Shown: piece after piece, positions 11,342 through 23,700 of the stretch
Layout of the letters: the number at the start of each line of letters is the position of its first letter
How positions within the stretch are numbered: the stretch's first letter is position 1
Assembly: GCA_002633005.1 (NCBI GenBank)
Contig: NMRA01000134.1
Location: 528,615 to 592,614, forward strand
Length of the DNA: 64,000 nucleotides
Origin: Phoronis australis
Taxonomy: Eukaryota; Animalia; Phoronida
Direction of reading: 5' to 3'
The notes under the pieces: model-generated
The model's input: the letters and a program-made list of their open reading frames with translations, nothing else
Database searches by the model: none
Told to the model about the DNA's origin: nothing
Translations under genes and position numbers: made by a program

Positions 11342-14283
11342 TTATAACACAAAGTATGGTTTGTTTGGGTCATCTTCTTCTACCACTGTTGTATCTTCTT
11401 CAACCTTCTGCTCCATAGCTTTATTAATGGTTTCCTGATCTAGGTTCAGGCCCACTGGCTCCAGGTCAGGCTCTGAAAAATGCAATAAGACATATAATAG
11501 TGACCAAATATAGGTTGAATTGAACTTCGACCTTTCACCAACTGGTGTGTTGATAATAGATACATTTTTACGACAAATTGCTGTTAAAATTGGAAAAGAA
11601 ACCAATAAGGTTACAATGAAACAGTGGGTGTTCCCCATGAAGCACAAACTTTAAACAAGATAAAGGTCTTTGAGGTCGCCAAAGGGGGGGGGCTGAGGCA
11701 CCTCTACCCTGGGAATTTTAAAAAATAAGCCCTTACAAACCACTTTTCCTGCGATTTGAGCTGCAAGTAGAAACAATTAATTATCTGTTGTCTTCCCCCC
11801 ATGACGTTGAATTTCTTTGCAAAATGGCTGATGGTAACAAACGTATGATCATGCTTGCTATCTACTAAAGTTATTGTATGTTTATGATCTAACCAATCAC
11901 ATCTTAACTAGTTTTTAATACCAACATCGATTTCATGCACCTTGGCTTCATCTCGCTTGTAAATTGTATTAGACATTTTGAGTAAAAAGTCCAATACATA
12001 AGAGAAATGTATTGATGGAGAGCAGCCAATGAGCGTGCAAAATGTAGCTTCTCATAATGTACTTAAATATCGGACGTTGCATAAAATCTTACTTGAAGCA
12101 TAATTTGAGAAAGAAATGATATCAAATTTTGTTCCGTTGAGATGCATTCAATGTCCGGCACTGTCTCATTTTTTACAGCGTTGCCTCGTTTCGATTTCAC
12201 CGAGAGAGGGATCAATTTAGACTCCGAAGTCGGCCTAAAATTGACGATCACATAAACCGGTTATAAAAATTGAAATCATTCCAATGAACAGACAATACGC
12301 CACCGTTTCATTTTTTCATTTGATTTAAAACTCGAGTCAAACCCCAGTCACACACATGCGTGTGTCATATCAAGAAGGCAAAGAGATACTAAAAACTGTA
12401 GTGAGATTGCACAGGCTCTAGTCGTCTGCACTAATTCATCAAAAGAACTTAATGGTGGCATAACATTAAATTTTACGGATAATTTTACTGCGATCAGAGC
12501 TGAAAATATACCAAAACACCAGAGCTGCAATTTGGTGACAAGGTGCCCATGGCCATTAATTGCTCAGTCAATTTTCCACGGAGTGGTGTATGTGGAAACA
12601 TAGTGTCCAATATTTAGGTTCACCAAAGGTTTACTAGTTGTGTTTTTTAATGATCAGTCAGAACATAAATGTGGCTTTCGGTGACGAGATATAGTAATAG
12701 AACTATTCCGTAAATGTAAGTCTTTGTTTAAGTAAAGGATTTGCAACAACCCGTAGTATTTCCAATTAAATATAATAATGCAAAATGTGTCAAAACGTCC
12801 GATAATTAGGTCGCTTGACTATACTTTTGAAAGAATCCTTACAATTGGTCATCATGCTCTCGCCATTAATGTTTTGGCCAATTACATTGGTAGATAATAC
12901 ATACTTTACCACGAGGCTTAGCGAGACCAAAATGTAAACATGAACGATCAATGGAGCAATGAATTTTTCTTGAATATCATGAAGGAGCATACCCCTTACC
13001 CCTCAATAAATGAAAAATTTCTCAACGGATATGGCATATTATAAAAAGGCCCATTCTGACTCCGAAAAAGTGGAAAGCCACCGAAAAGTGGAAAACTCAT
13101 TCCTGACTCATATAAATAAATAAGGACAGTGGCTTTAGTTACTAGGAGTGCCATGTCACTGCTTACAGTGACACCCACTTGTGTGGACGCTTGATACACT
13201 TACCTGTGAATTCAAATTGAGGAAATGTGGTCATATCGACCTTATCAGCACCAAACTGTCTCTTAAGCTTTGCCAGTTGGTCATCTAAAATTTTCTTTGT
13301 TTCATCTGTAGCGTCTACCAAACCACCAGATGCCCTTGAAAAGCAATGATGCTCAAGTGAAAATGTATTCATCGCAGCATTACTATCAACTCACTGTACT
13401 ATCTGGAGTCGGCAAAACAGTAGCAGTAATTTACTTGTGAAATGTTGACAGCACAACATCTTATGGATCATACATGCACTTCAAGATCAAACAATTTTTC
13501 TGGTCTGGCCAGTCAAACCCAGCCTCCAGGTTACTAACAAACAAAATTTAATCATCATGACCATGAATACAAATGTCAAATGAAGGTACACTACTCACAA
13601 GTAAACGTACCTACCATTATAACCCTTTATTCTCAAGATGGATTATGTTCATGTGCTCAATGCGAAACATTGGATAATTTGACATACATCTTACGGTAAT
13701 ACCTTTTTACCTCACCGTTAAAGAAACCCCTTTCTGAAGATTGACTTACATTTTCCACATTAAGAGGACTGTTTAGGGCCCCTTTCAGAGGATTATATTG
13801 GTGCAAACATCAGTTTAGAATAAATGCCATATGTTCAGAGAATTTTTGTATGTGCAACTGTAATCCATTGAAAGTATTCCAAAACAGTTCTACCAAAAGA
13901 ACATTCCCCTTTTTGCCAACAGCATAACATGCAAAAGTGAAAGGCGCAAACAATGTGTCAAACCTTTCCACACTAGGATAAACAACGGCAGTACTCAGGG
14001 TTAGAAATTATATTCTAACCTGCACTTGAAATATAAAGTCGTAACAAATAGTTTCTGAGCAAGCAAAAGTGGTAAAACTACTCTTAGTTTTAGTTGATGT
14101 TTAATTTGAAGAGCTCTAGTCTTACTTGCTTTTCTTGGCATATTCCTTGATCTGGTTGATGAACATCTGTTGGATGGGGTCCAACTTCTGAAAAGCCACG
14201 GCAGACACTGCAATATTTCTGTGTACGTGACCCCGTATGCACCGGGCGGCCAGAGAGCCTAGAGTCGAGATCCTACCCAACAT
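11342..14283 (-). CDS. ATP5PF: ATP synthase peripheral stalk subunit F6 (coupling factor 6), mitochondrial, ~139 aa, 3 coding exons
   Basis: Exons 14283-14126, 13334-13204, 11472-11342 total 420 nt in frame. An Arg-rich presequence is followed by RNIAVSAVAFQKLDPIQQMFINQIKEY..KASGGLVDA...LKRQFG..DMTTFPQFEFTEP, typical of F6. AATAAA on the minus strand at 11120-11115. Confidence 0.93.
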
Positions 14284-15189
14284 CTGCAAATACATTGGTA
14301 TGGATAAAACAAGGGGAATAATGCACGTATACGCAGTAGGTGGCCAGATCCTGACTTGGGAATACATTGGAACGGGCAAGACAACGGAAAATCGACAGCA
14401 AGATGAAACAGAAACCATTCACTTTCTTCTTAAGACAAGTAATTGGTCTGTTGCATTATTATACTTTAGGGGGAAATCTCGCGGGCAAACAGCAATCAGA
14501 ATCGAGGATGCAGTTTCAAGCATCAGCAACAGGTGTCACTGTAATCTTGAGTTGAACAAATATGGCGGTGTCAACCAGGAAATAGTGCGAACAGAAAATC
14601 AACAATAAATGCGGTAGGGTCAGGGGACACATTCTCATATTTCTGGAATCAGAACGACAAGCAGAATCGAACGATATCAAAATCATGTGTTAGGTCAATG
14701 TCGTCATATTGTAGACAATTACCCAGTTGGTAACCCATCCAATGACATCATCAAGAATAATTTTAACACCTACAGTTGACATTGACTGTGTCTGTGACGA
14801 AGTCAAAGATTTACATTACCTGCTGATGGCCTCACGGAACGAGTTACCCAACCGGCAGTGGATAAGTTGGCAAACAAATCTAACTACAAAGTCCATTATT
14901 TTCTACACGTCGTTTAAGCACGTAGATGCTAAAATTCTGACTCTAGGTTAAAATTTGAAGAGGTTACGCCGATGGTTTAATGACTTTAATGCCTGGGACG
15001 ACTTCTTCCGAATACCGAATAGTACCGAATTCTTCCAGGCAACTCTGTCGAGTTAACGTTTTGGTAAACCAAATGCAGCTTCGACCTCTGTATCAGATGG
15101 CAAGAAAACCCATGAAAACCACCAACCTTGTCCAACAAGCTAAACGCTGCGCGGCGCAGTTGCAGTTAATTTATTAAGCAAAAATTGTT

Positions 15190-15590
15190 ACCGACCTTCT
15201 TTGCAACCAATCCAAGATGGTGGTCTTGCCAAGAGGTAGCGCTCTGACACCATTTATGTCGATAACTACAAAAGTTTATCACGCGTCGTTTAAATTTTTT
15301 TTCCAAACATTATTGCCTTAAAAAATCTTTAAAACCTAAAATTTGTCTTTTATTTGGTGTTTCTATTATTTATACGATAACCATCCTGTTAGCAATTATG
15401 GTAACTCGATCAACTCTGTCTAAACGAATACGACTGACGTCAAGCTTGATCACGTGACAAGAAGCGATTTCCTGTCGGAGCTTTGTTATTTCCCGCTGAC
15501 CGATAAAGTCTAAAATTATTGTAAAAACTGACGGTGTTTGAACATCAAAAATAACTCGAAATATACCAAATCAAATATCAAGAATCGGTA
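15190..15590. promoter_or_regulatory. Bidirectional ATP5PF/GABPA promoter with flanking non-coding first exons
   Basis: Minus-strand donor (TCG|GTAAC) at ~15191 and plus-strand donor (TCG|GTAAGT) at ~15588 face away from each other. The region is CpG-rich and contains TGACGTCA 15435-15442, CACGTG 15451-15456, an ETS core ATTTCCTGT ~15467, E2F-like TTTCCCGC ~15490 and YY1-like CAAGATGG ~15213. Confidence 0.7.
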
Positions 15591-16056
15591 AGTTGGTATG
15601 TTGTGATTTCGGGCCTGAATACTTGAGCTAAATCACGTTTTTAAGGGTGCATACTTTTGAAACGTTTCCGGCGTGGACAGGAAGAGAAAAAGAGGAAGTT
15701 TCATTACGTCTGTGCAGAAAGCAGACTACAAAATGCGAGTTGATGAGTTTACTAAAGTTTTGGAGAACCTATTCCCTGTCATTCAATGGCATTGTACTGA
15801 AATTCTATCGACGTTTATGTCACACAAGCAGAGGAGATGTACTTAACTTGCCCAACGAATTACCTACTTTTATAGAACAAAAATGGCGGGTTTTCTTTCA
15901 ACTTGCCCAACAGCCTCAACACTTGGTAGAAAGAACAGCAGTCTCTCACCTTCAAGGTTTCAAGTTCAACTGATGTTAGTCTGATTCTCCAGTCAGAGTC
16001 TTAACAAATTGGAAGCAAGGTCCATCATTTAACAAACATCTTTTCCCTTTCATCCG

Positions 16057-18670
16057 TTTTTTGTTATTTAGTGATGAAACTTACCGACCAGTTTTATGAC
16101 TTATGTACTAGCCACTACTCTCTTGACCTGAGTCTCCAAAATGCTGTTATTCAGGTAGTGAAGGATGTCCCACTCTTGTATGAGGCCTGAGGGACTGTCA
16201 ATGTATAGGACTTCTATGTTAATTGATTCAGTAGTTGTACCTTTTTTGCTAACTTTTACCAAGAGACGTGGTCATGTGACTCCTTTAATGACAGTTTGAT
16301 AAGAATTCAGAAATCAAAGTCTACAGGCTTTCAGGAAATCTTGGCTTTTACTAAGTTAGAATATATAGTTTTGTAGATATTTGGCTAAACACCCGCAGTT
16401 TTGTTGATAAGGTTCTACAAAACATTAAATTACTGGTACTAGAACTAATTTGGCTAACTTCAGCACATCATACACTGTGGTAGACATGGCTGATAGACAC
16501 AGGCCATAATGTTTTTGTTGTTAGTATGGGAACATTTTAAATATTAAATCTTAATTATTTTAGTAATTACTCACTGACTGCAACTCATGGTAGTAGTTGG
16601 ATAAGTAGGTCCCTATTTAAAAGTGGTCTGGGAACCAGTTACTCCCACTGAATAATGCCAGTTATTAATTAGGAGTAACTGGTTCTCAAATCAGTTATAT
16701 TCATGGACCCACCTGTGTGATTGTTACCCAGTTTATTAGCATTTGTATATTTGTTTAGGCCCCTGTTGTGTGGCTCGGGTGCATAAAGAACTTTTTTAAT
16801 GGAGAATGCCACCAAAAACAATGGATTTTGTATCAATTTAGATTGAGTAGTTCCACTCGATAAGAGCAAGTTCAGTTTTTCTATGTGACACCAGGTGGCA
16901 GACGGAGGTACTGAAATTAACCAATGACGACATAGGTTCTAACACAATCAATCTGTATAGCAGTTCACAACACGCTTACTGGTGTCGGCTTATCGCTTGA
17001 CTTCATCACTTTACACCTGTCCAATAAATCATCAAAAGTTGATTCAAAACCTGTACAAATACAATGAGTTTTTAAACAAATAAGTTATTTTATTTCGCTG
17101 TTACGGATTTCTAGAAATTTTGAAATTACTGTAACTTACAAGTTTGGTAGGCCCACTTACTGAGGTCGGTCAAGGGAAGTTTAGATCTGTTCGGTGATAA
17201 ATAATTACTCTTCCGTGAAATACAGACAGGAGAGCATACGCGTGTGTTGTAGGCTTACGATTTTTCTTCAGTTCTAAACACACAAAACACTCTTTGTAAC
17301 CCAGTAGCTNTTTTTTGTTATTTAGTGATGAAACTTACCGACCAGTTTTATGTACTAGCCACTACTCTCTTGACCTGAGTCTCCAAAATGCTGTTATTCA
17401 GGTAGTGAAGGATGTCCCACTCTTGTATGAGGCCTGAGGGACTGTCAATGTATAGGACTTCTATGTTTTTCATGAAAAAATCAAAGTGCATAAACAAGAA
17501 CATAATCAAATTAGAAAACATTTTAGCAAACTACAACAGCGTTTTTGATTTTTCATCTTGGAACATATATGGTATAAAAGTAAATTGATTATTTTAATTG
17601 ATACAGTAGTTGTACCTTTTTTGCCAGTTGTTACCAAGAGACGTGGTCATGTGACTCCTTTAATGTCAGTTTGATAAGAATTCAGAAATCAAAGTCTACA
17701 GGCTTTCAGGAAATCTTGACTTTTACTAAGTTAGAATAAACAGTTTTGTAGATATTTGGCTAAACACCCGCAGTTTTGTTGATAAAACATTAAATTACTG
17801 GTACTAGTACTAATTTGGCTAATTTCAGCACATCATACACTGTGGTAGACATGGCTGATAGACACAGGCCATAATATTTTTGTTGTTAGTATGGAAACAT
17901 TTTAAATATTAAATCTTAATTATTTTACTAATTACTCACTGACTTCAACTCATGGTAATAGTTGGATAAGTAGGTCCCTATTTAAAAGTGGTCTGGGAAC
18001 CAGTTACTCCCACTGAATAATGCCAGTTATTAAGTAGGAGTAACTGGTTCTCAAATCAGTTATATTCATGGACCCACCTGTGTGATTATTACCCAATTTG
18101 GTAGCATTTGTAAATTTGTTTAGGCCCCTGTTGTGTGGCTTGGGTGCATAAAGACCTTTTTTAATGGAGAATGCCACCAAAAACAATGGATTTTGTATCA
18201 ATTTAGATTGAGTAGTTCCACTCGATAAGAGCAAGTTCAGTTTTTCTACGTGACACCACATGGCAGACGGAGGTACTGAAATTAACCAATGACGACATAG
18301 GTTCTAACACAATCTGTACAGCAGTTCACAACACGCTTACTGGTGTCAGCTTATCGCTTGACTTCATCACTTTACACCTGTCCAATAAATCATCAAAAGT
18401 TGATTCAAAACCTGTACAAATACAATGAGTTTTTAAACAAATAAGTTATTTTATTTCGCTGTTACGGATTTCTAGAAATTTTGAAATTACTGTAACTTAC
18501 AAGTTTGGTAGGCCCACTTACTGAGGTCGGTCAAGGGAAGTTTAGATCTGTTCGGTGATAAATAATTACTCTTCCGTGAAATACAGACAGGAGAGCATAG
18601 GCGTGTGTTGTAGGCTTACGATTTTTCTTCAGTTCTAAACACACAAAACACTCTTTGTAACCCAGTAGCT
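16057..18670. repeat. ~1.3-kb tandem duplication across a single N (17310); probably two haplotypes
   Basis: 16057-17309 and 17311-18670 are near-identical apart from SNPs and indels, and the junction is exactly an N. Confidence 0.85.
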
Positions 18671-19593
18671 CGGAAGCCGATTAGGCCTGTCGCCGGCGGC
18701 TGGACTGGAGATATCATGAACATAAACCAACCGGGTTAGTCGGCTGCCAAAGTTGAAAAAAACTGGACTAGTGAACTAAATAAATAATGTGTATGTGAAT
18801 TTTTTGATAAAAATGCCGCAAAATTGCAAATCTACTTTCCCGTCGGAAGCTGCGAAGCCAGGTTCTCTTCCACAGAACCGTACAGGGCAAAAGGTGTAAA
18901 TTGACAATGATTCGAATAATGTGTATGAATCTAAATGATTGAGATTTCCTTAACATGTGACCTTGGCATATAAAATCGAGTTATTGTTTCACAATAGGTT
19001 TCTGTCAGCAAACACTGAGTGAGCATGCACTCACATGGCGGCCTTGGGTGCCCCGGCCGGTCGATTAGATTTTATTGTACATATGAAGTGGGTTACATAG
19101 CATGATTTATTCGTTGTTGGTTTCACAAAACATTTGCACTCATGAACATTCCTGATGCATTATAAATTGTATCTACTGATACAGTCTTTTGAGAAACGTT
19201 GTTTCAGTTTTATGAAACATCGGTGAGGGTAAGAATAACTCATTTTGAAACAGAACAATACCAGCCACAGGCATGGAGATATTTCACGGTCTCATACCTG
19301 GTATAAACAACGTGCTGTTCATTCTTTATTGCTGTGACGGATTTCGGGTTCTCGAGAAAATCGAACAAAGCGATATACCCGCTTTCTTCGCAGCTTCATG
19401 GTTCGCACAGCGGGAAAGATACACCACACCATAGCAGCACACACTCATCTGAAGAACCACTGACATCGCTGTGTTGTGTACTCACCTTTGTTACGGGTTA
19501 ACACGACACTTCTCAGCGAAGTGAAATCGACCGTATACGAGGTGACGTGGATGTAGACAGATTAAGACGAATTAAATTGGCTGGCATTCTCCT
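18165..19593. mobile_element. Non-autonomous Kolobok-like DNA transposon (~1.4 kb); left end also duplicated at 16800-17309
   Basis: TTAA|TGGAGAATGCCACC at the left end and GGCTGGCATTCTCCT|TCAA at the right end form inverted termini with a TTAA-like target. The last ~260 bp is homologous to 50865-51124. Confidence 0.6.
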
Positions 19594-20009
19594 TCAAGTA
19601 CTAATTGAATTTGTGTTTGTAAGGATACAGGACACATGTCGGGACAGAGCTCTACACTCTTAATATTTTTTGGAGGTAAAATACTGTTTATGATATGAAA
19701 TACTGTGGAAGCATAAGAATCAACAAAGTAACAAAACCAAAATTTAATATATGCATCTTTGCAGCGTTAGTAATCGGACATTTTCCCATTGGTAAGGGTC
19801 GCTTTTGTTTGTAGTGAGGAATTCAATAAACAAGCTTCAATAAAGTAGAGCTATTTGAAATTTGCTGAAAAGTTATGAAAATACTACACACTATAAGCCA
19901 TGACTAAGTCCTAGATGTAGTCTAATCTACAGTAAAGGTTTCTCTAGCCGGTGCGGTTAAGTCATGTTATGTAAGAGTTGCTTCAGTCTACAGTTTTTAC
20001 AGTTTCTTG

Positions 20010-20116
20010 CAGCATATAACAGTGACAGTGGTGCTTCAGTTTCTTACAGCATATGACAGTGACAGTGGTGCTTCAGTTTCTTACAGCATATGACAGTGAC
20101 GGTGGTGCTTCAGTTC
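20010..20116. repeat. ~37-bp tandem repeat, ~3 copies
   Basis: Unit gcatatgacagtgacagtggtgcttcagtttcttaca. Confidence 0.85.
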
Positions 20117-20711
20117 CGCAATATATATCAAACTGTCAGCTGCTGTGTTTGATGCAATCTTCTCCAAAACCTTGTTGGCAGTTGTGTTTAAATGTTCCGC
20201 TTGTCACGAGAGGCTTTCAATCATTGTATATTTATGAAAAAATATTAAAAATGCAAAAACAACGAAATGTTAATTACCCGAATTGCAAGAGCATTTTTGA
20301 GATTTCATATGAAACGAAATTTGATTGTGTTATTGATACCATTTTGTTATGAATGTGAGAATATGGAGATTGGTATAAAGTAACTAGTCAAACTCTGCAG
20401 AAAAAGTATGTAAATTTCACTGTGTTGAAATTAAAAATGTAGTTTTAAAAATATTTACTTAAAAATAATCAGACTTTTCGAACATTAAAGCCAGTTTTGC
20501 GAAGGACTGGCAAAAATAAATGTTAGATAACTAGCTGTTGGTGTCCTGACACAGTGTCGAACAGATTGAGTTGTTTGAAAATGAACTGTTGGCATAACCT
20601 CTGTTGAACGTTAACAAGTACATTGTTTTCAAAGCAAGATATTGAGTTTGGGATGATAGGCTTGAGTGGAGGTCAAGGTCAGTCTCTTTTTGTTGGCAGT
20701 TCTGTGGAAGG

Positions 20712-23700
20712 ATGTCGAAGCGTCCAGCAGAAAGTGACAAGATTGAGCCGGATGAAAAGCAAGCTCGCCTTGAAGTATCCGAGACAGTTGTGACTGGAAC
20801 AGAAGTGTCCGAGTCTGAAGTAACTCTTGAATCCAGTGTAACAGATAAGTAAGTCAAAGTCCACACATCTTGTATTGCTCTGGCTTTTTTCTGAGTCTGA
20901 TAAATAGATCTGTTTTTAAGTTGTGAGGGGAATTTGGCTTTCATAGCCTTGCTTATTGGTTGCAGCATTTGCAAAACGTGCACAGTATACAAAACTACTG
21001 AAGCATTTCAGGAATATTAATTAAACTTTATTCTTATAAAATTCATTATGTTCGAAGTTGGTATGGTTTCAAGTGTACACTCAATTGACTTCACTGGTTC
21101 TGCCGGGTGAACCGGCTAAGACATCCGATTGGTTCTCAATGATAACGCACATCTTCTAAACCAAAGTGTGTTAACTGATTGACCTGCCAAAAGCCATAGT
21201 TTTGAAATGTAGCATCTGTGTTGTGTTGTTACATAGTTGCACAACTTAATTGTAATATAGGAGTTATTTAGGCAGTCCAGTCTTTAAGTTTTAAGCTTAA
21301 TTGCTTGCAAAGTGACTAGTTGGGTTGTAATCTAAGAACATAACTCTGGAATACATCTAAAGCAAAAATTCTCCCATTTATGGTAGTGAAAGATTGATTA
21401 TTTTGCTCAAAGTAAGGAATTGTACCAAATTTGAGAAATTGGTAGTATTGACCATCCCAAATTCCAGAGTTGTGTTCAAGAATAAATGGTCATTCACATT
21501 GATGTAACACACATGGGGTTGCTTCAAAATGGGTCATTGGCGGCCATTTCCAGTGATTAAATGAACTGCCAAGTCTGTTTTCAAACTCAGTTTATTCAAG
21601 GCATGTGTGTGAAATTTGAGAATTAAGAACGTTCAATTTCAGCATCTCAGATTTTAAAGTGTTTCATGCTTTTGACGATCAAACACTGAACAAAAAATTC
21701 TTTGTAATCATGTGCTGATCATGATTAATAAAAACCTAATATGCGACTGTTATTACAGGAAGCATGAGTATAGTTCTTGAACTTCTGTTAATTAGGTCAC
21801 TGAAAAGTGCTGTAGATGATGGAAAGTTAGGATGCATTTGGCTCTTTTACATGCATGTGTTTTTATCGGTACTTGGTGATAGTTTGGGGTCCACAATTGA
21901 ATTAAATCTTAAAATTAATTAATCCTCTGTAAGTGTACCTAATCAGCTAGCTGTTTATGGCTGGTCATTTTTATCAGGCTTTGTAGCTAGCTAGAATAAG
22001 TGTTGCACCTATTTAAAGCACCAAACGCTTTCTGAGGTTGTGAGTTGGGTTAAGTGATAGTATTTGTTATCGGTATCGTATGAGTATCACTGTCCATTTA
22101 GTGGTATTTTTCGACCTACATGGCTGAAAATCGGTACGAATATACTAGAACGCATGTGCTACAATTGTGCAGAAAATCGTTGACTTCCGGTTAAAGATGG
22201 CGGAAATATTGGACGTGGCGCATGCGCACCCCGAAATATGGCTAAAAACGTTTTCTCCTGTAGAGGGCGCAATTGCAAACCAATCACTTTCAAACTGGTC
22301 ANGTCATTGTACCGATTGTCAGATACCTGTATCCATGGTATGGTCATTGTACCATTGTCAGATACCTGTATCCATTAGTATTTCATGATACTAACTCAGT
22401 CTTTTTGGAAATAGAGCTCTATAGATTACTCCTATTATGTCTAATTTTTGTCAACATTCCTGCTTAAATTTCCCGTTTTATCTCATTTCTCTGCAGAATG
22501 TCTGAGAATCTGTTTTCTTCTAGTGTTGAAGTAGTTACTGAGGACACTAAAGGGGACATTGATGTTAGTCAAGTAGAGGAGGTACCAGTGGGCAGCACTG
22601 TCATCACAGATGAGAATGGCATACAATACACAGTGGCCAAGATTGAGCCGGAAGATGAGAAACTTGGGTATGTGAACCTGATTTGGAACAATTGTTAAAT
22701 TGCAAATACCAGGAGCTAATTGTGCTATAGTTATTTGAGAGATTTGTGAATGTGTGGCTTTAGTGATGCAGTTTAAATTGCCGCTGTTCCTATATCTAAC
22801 CCCACCTTGTGTTTGGCCTCAGAACCACCCTATGTCCAGCCATACTGGGCCTTGTCTTCACCAGCAGCTATTTATCAATTCTAATTTGGCTCTAGTGTAG
22901 TAGCTGTCAGTGATTGATTATGGTGAAAATCTATGAAAGGAAATGGATATGTACTTTTAGGCCGCAAAATATTGGAATTCTGAAATTAAGGTTATCTCAA
23001 ACCTTATTTATTGACCTTCATTCTGACTCATATATCAAAAAACAGGCTATGTCAACTAGTAAAAGTGTATATTTTTTGAAAGACAAGAGATCAGATATTA
23101 TAAAAATATGTTTTTTATTGATAAGCCGTTACTATTACATGAACACCTTTTTTAAGTCAAAATTTCATTTTTAAGAAAGGCACATCCAATATAAAAATAA
23201 CCCCTTGGTAAATTTTGATGAAAACCTTTTTAAATGAAAACTTCACAATAAAACTTGAATTTTCGTTTACTAATTCAGTTTTGTTTTTATGTCAAATTAA
23301 GTCGCAAAACGTAATGTATTTTTGTAAAAAATAGGAGTCGTATTTGTCTGTCTTACACTATGTAAAATCTTGTTGTTAAAAAGGAAAATCCTGGCAGTGT
23401 TTTTGAGATTAGGACTATGATGATGATGATATTAAGTGAAGATCCCTTTTGGAACTGAAAAACCGTACCTTGAGGTTGCCGTTGTACAGCCATTTCCTCC
23501 ATATCTCACGGACTTGGTTCACCACCAGGTGCGGCCTGTTTCGATTGTATTGACTGTAAGAATGCTGTGCGAGACATGAGACTGACAGAAAACATAGACA
23601 AAAGCATGAAAGTTTTGAGGCATCCAGTTGAGAAAATACAGAAAAAATTTGAATCTAATACTGGAATTTGAAATAAAACTTACTAGAGTTAGTGACGTTG

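Noticed and set aside
14237-14608. 123-aa plus-strand ORF overlapping ATP5PF
   Set aside because: Antisense/intronic with no known domain; most likely chance.
20531-20992. 153-aa minus-strand ORF
   Set aside because: Antisense to GABPA coding exon 1; no recognisable homology.
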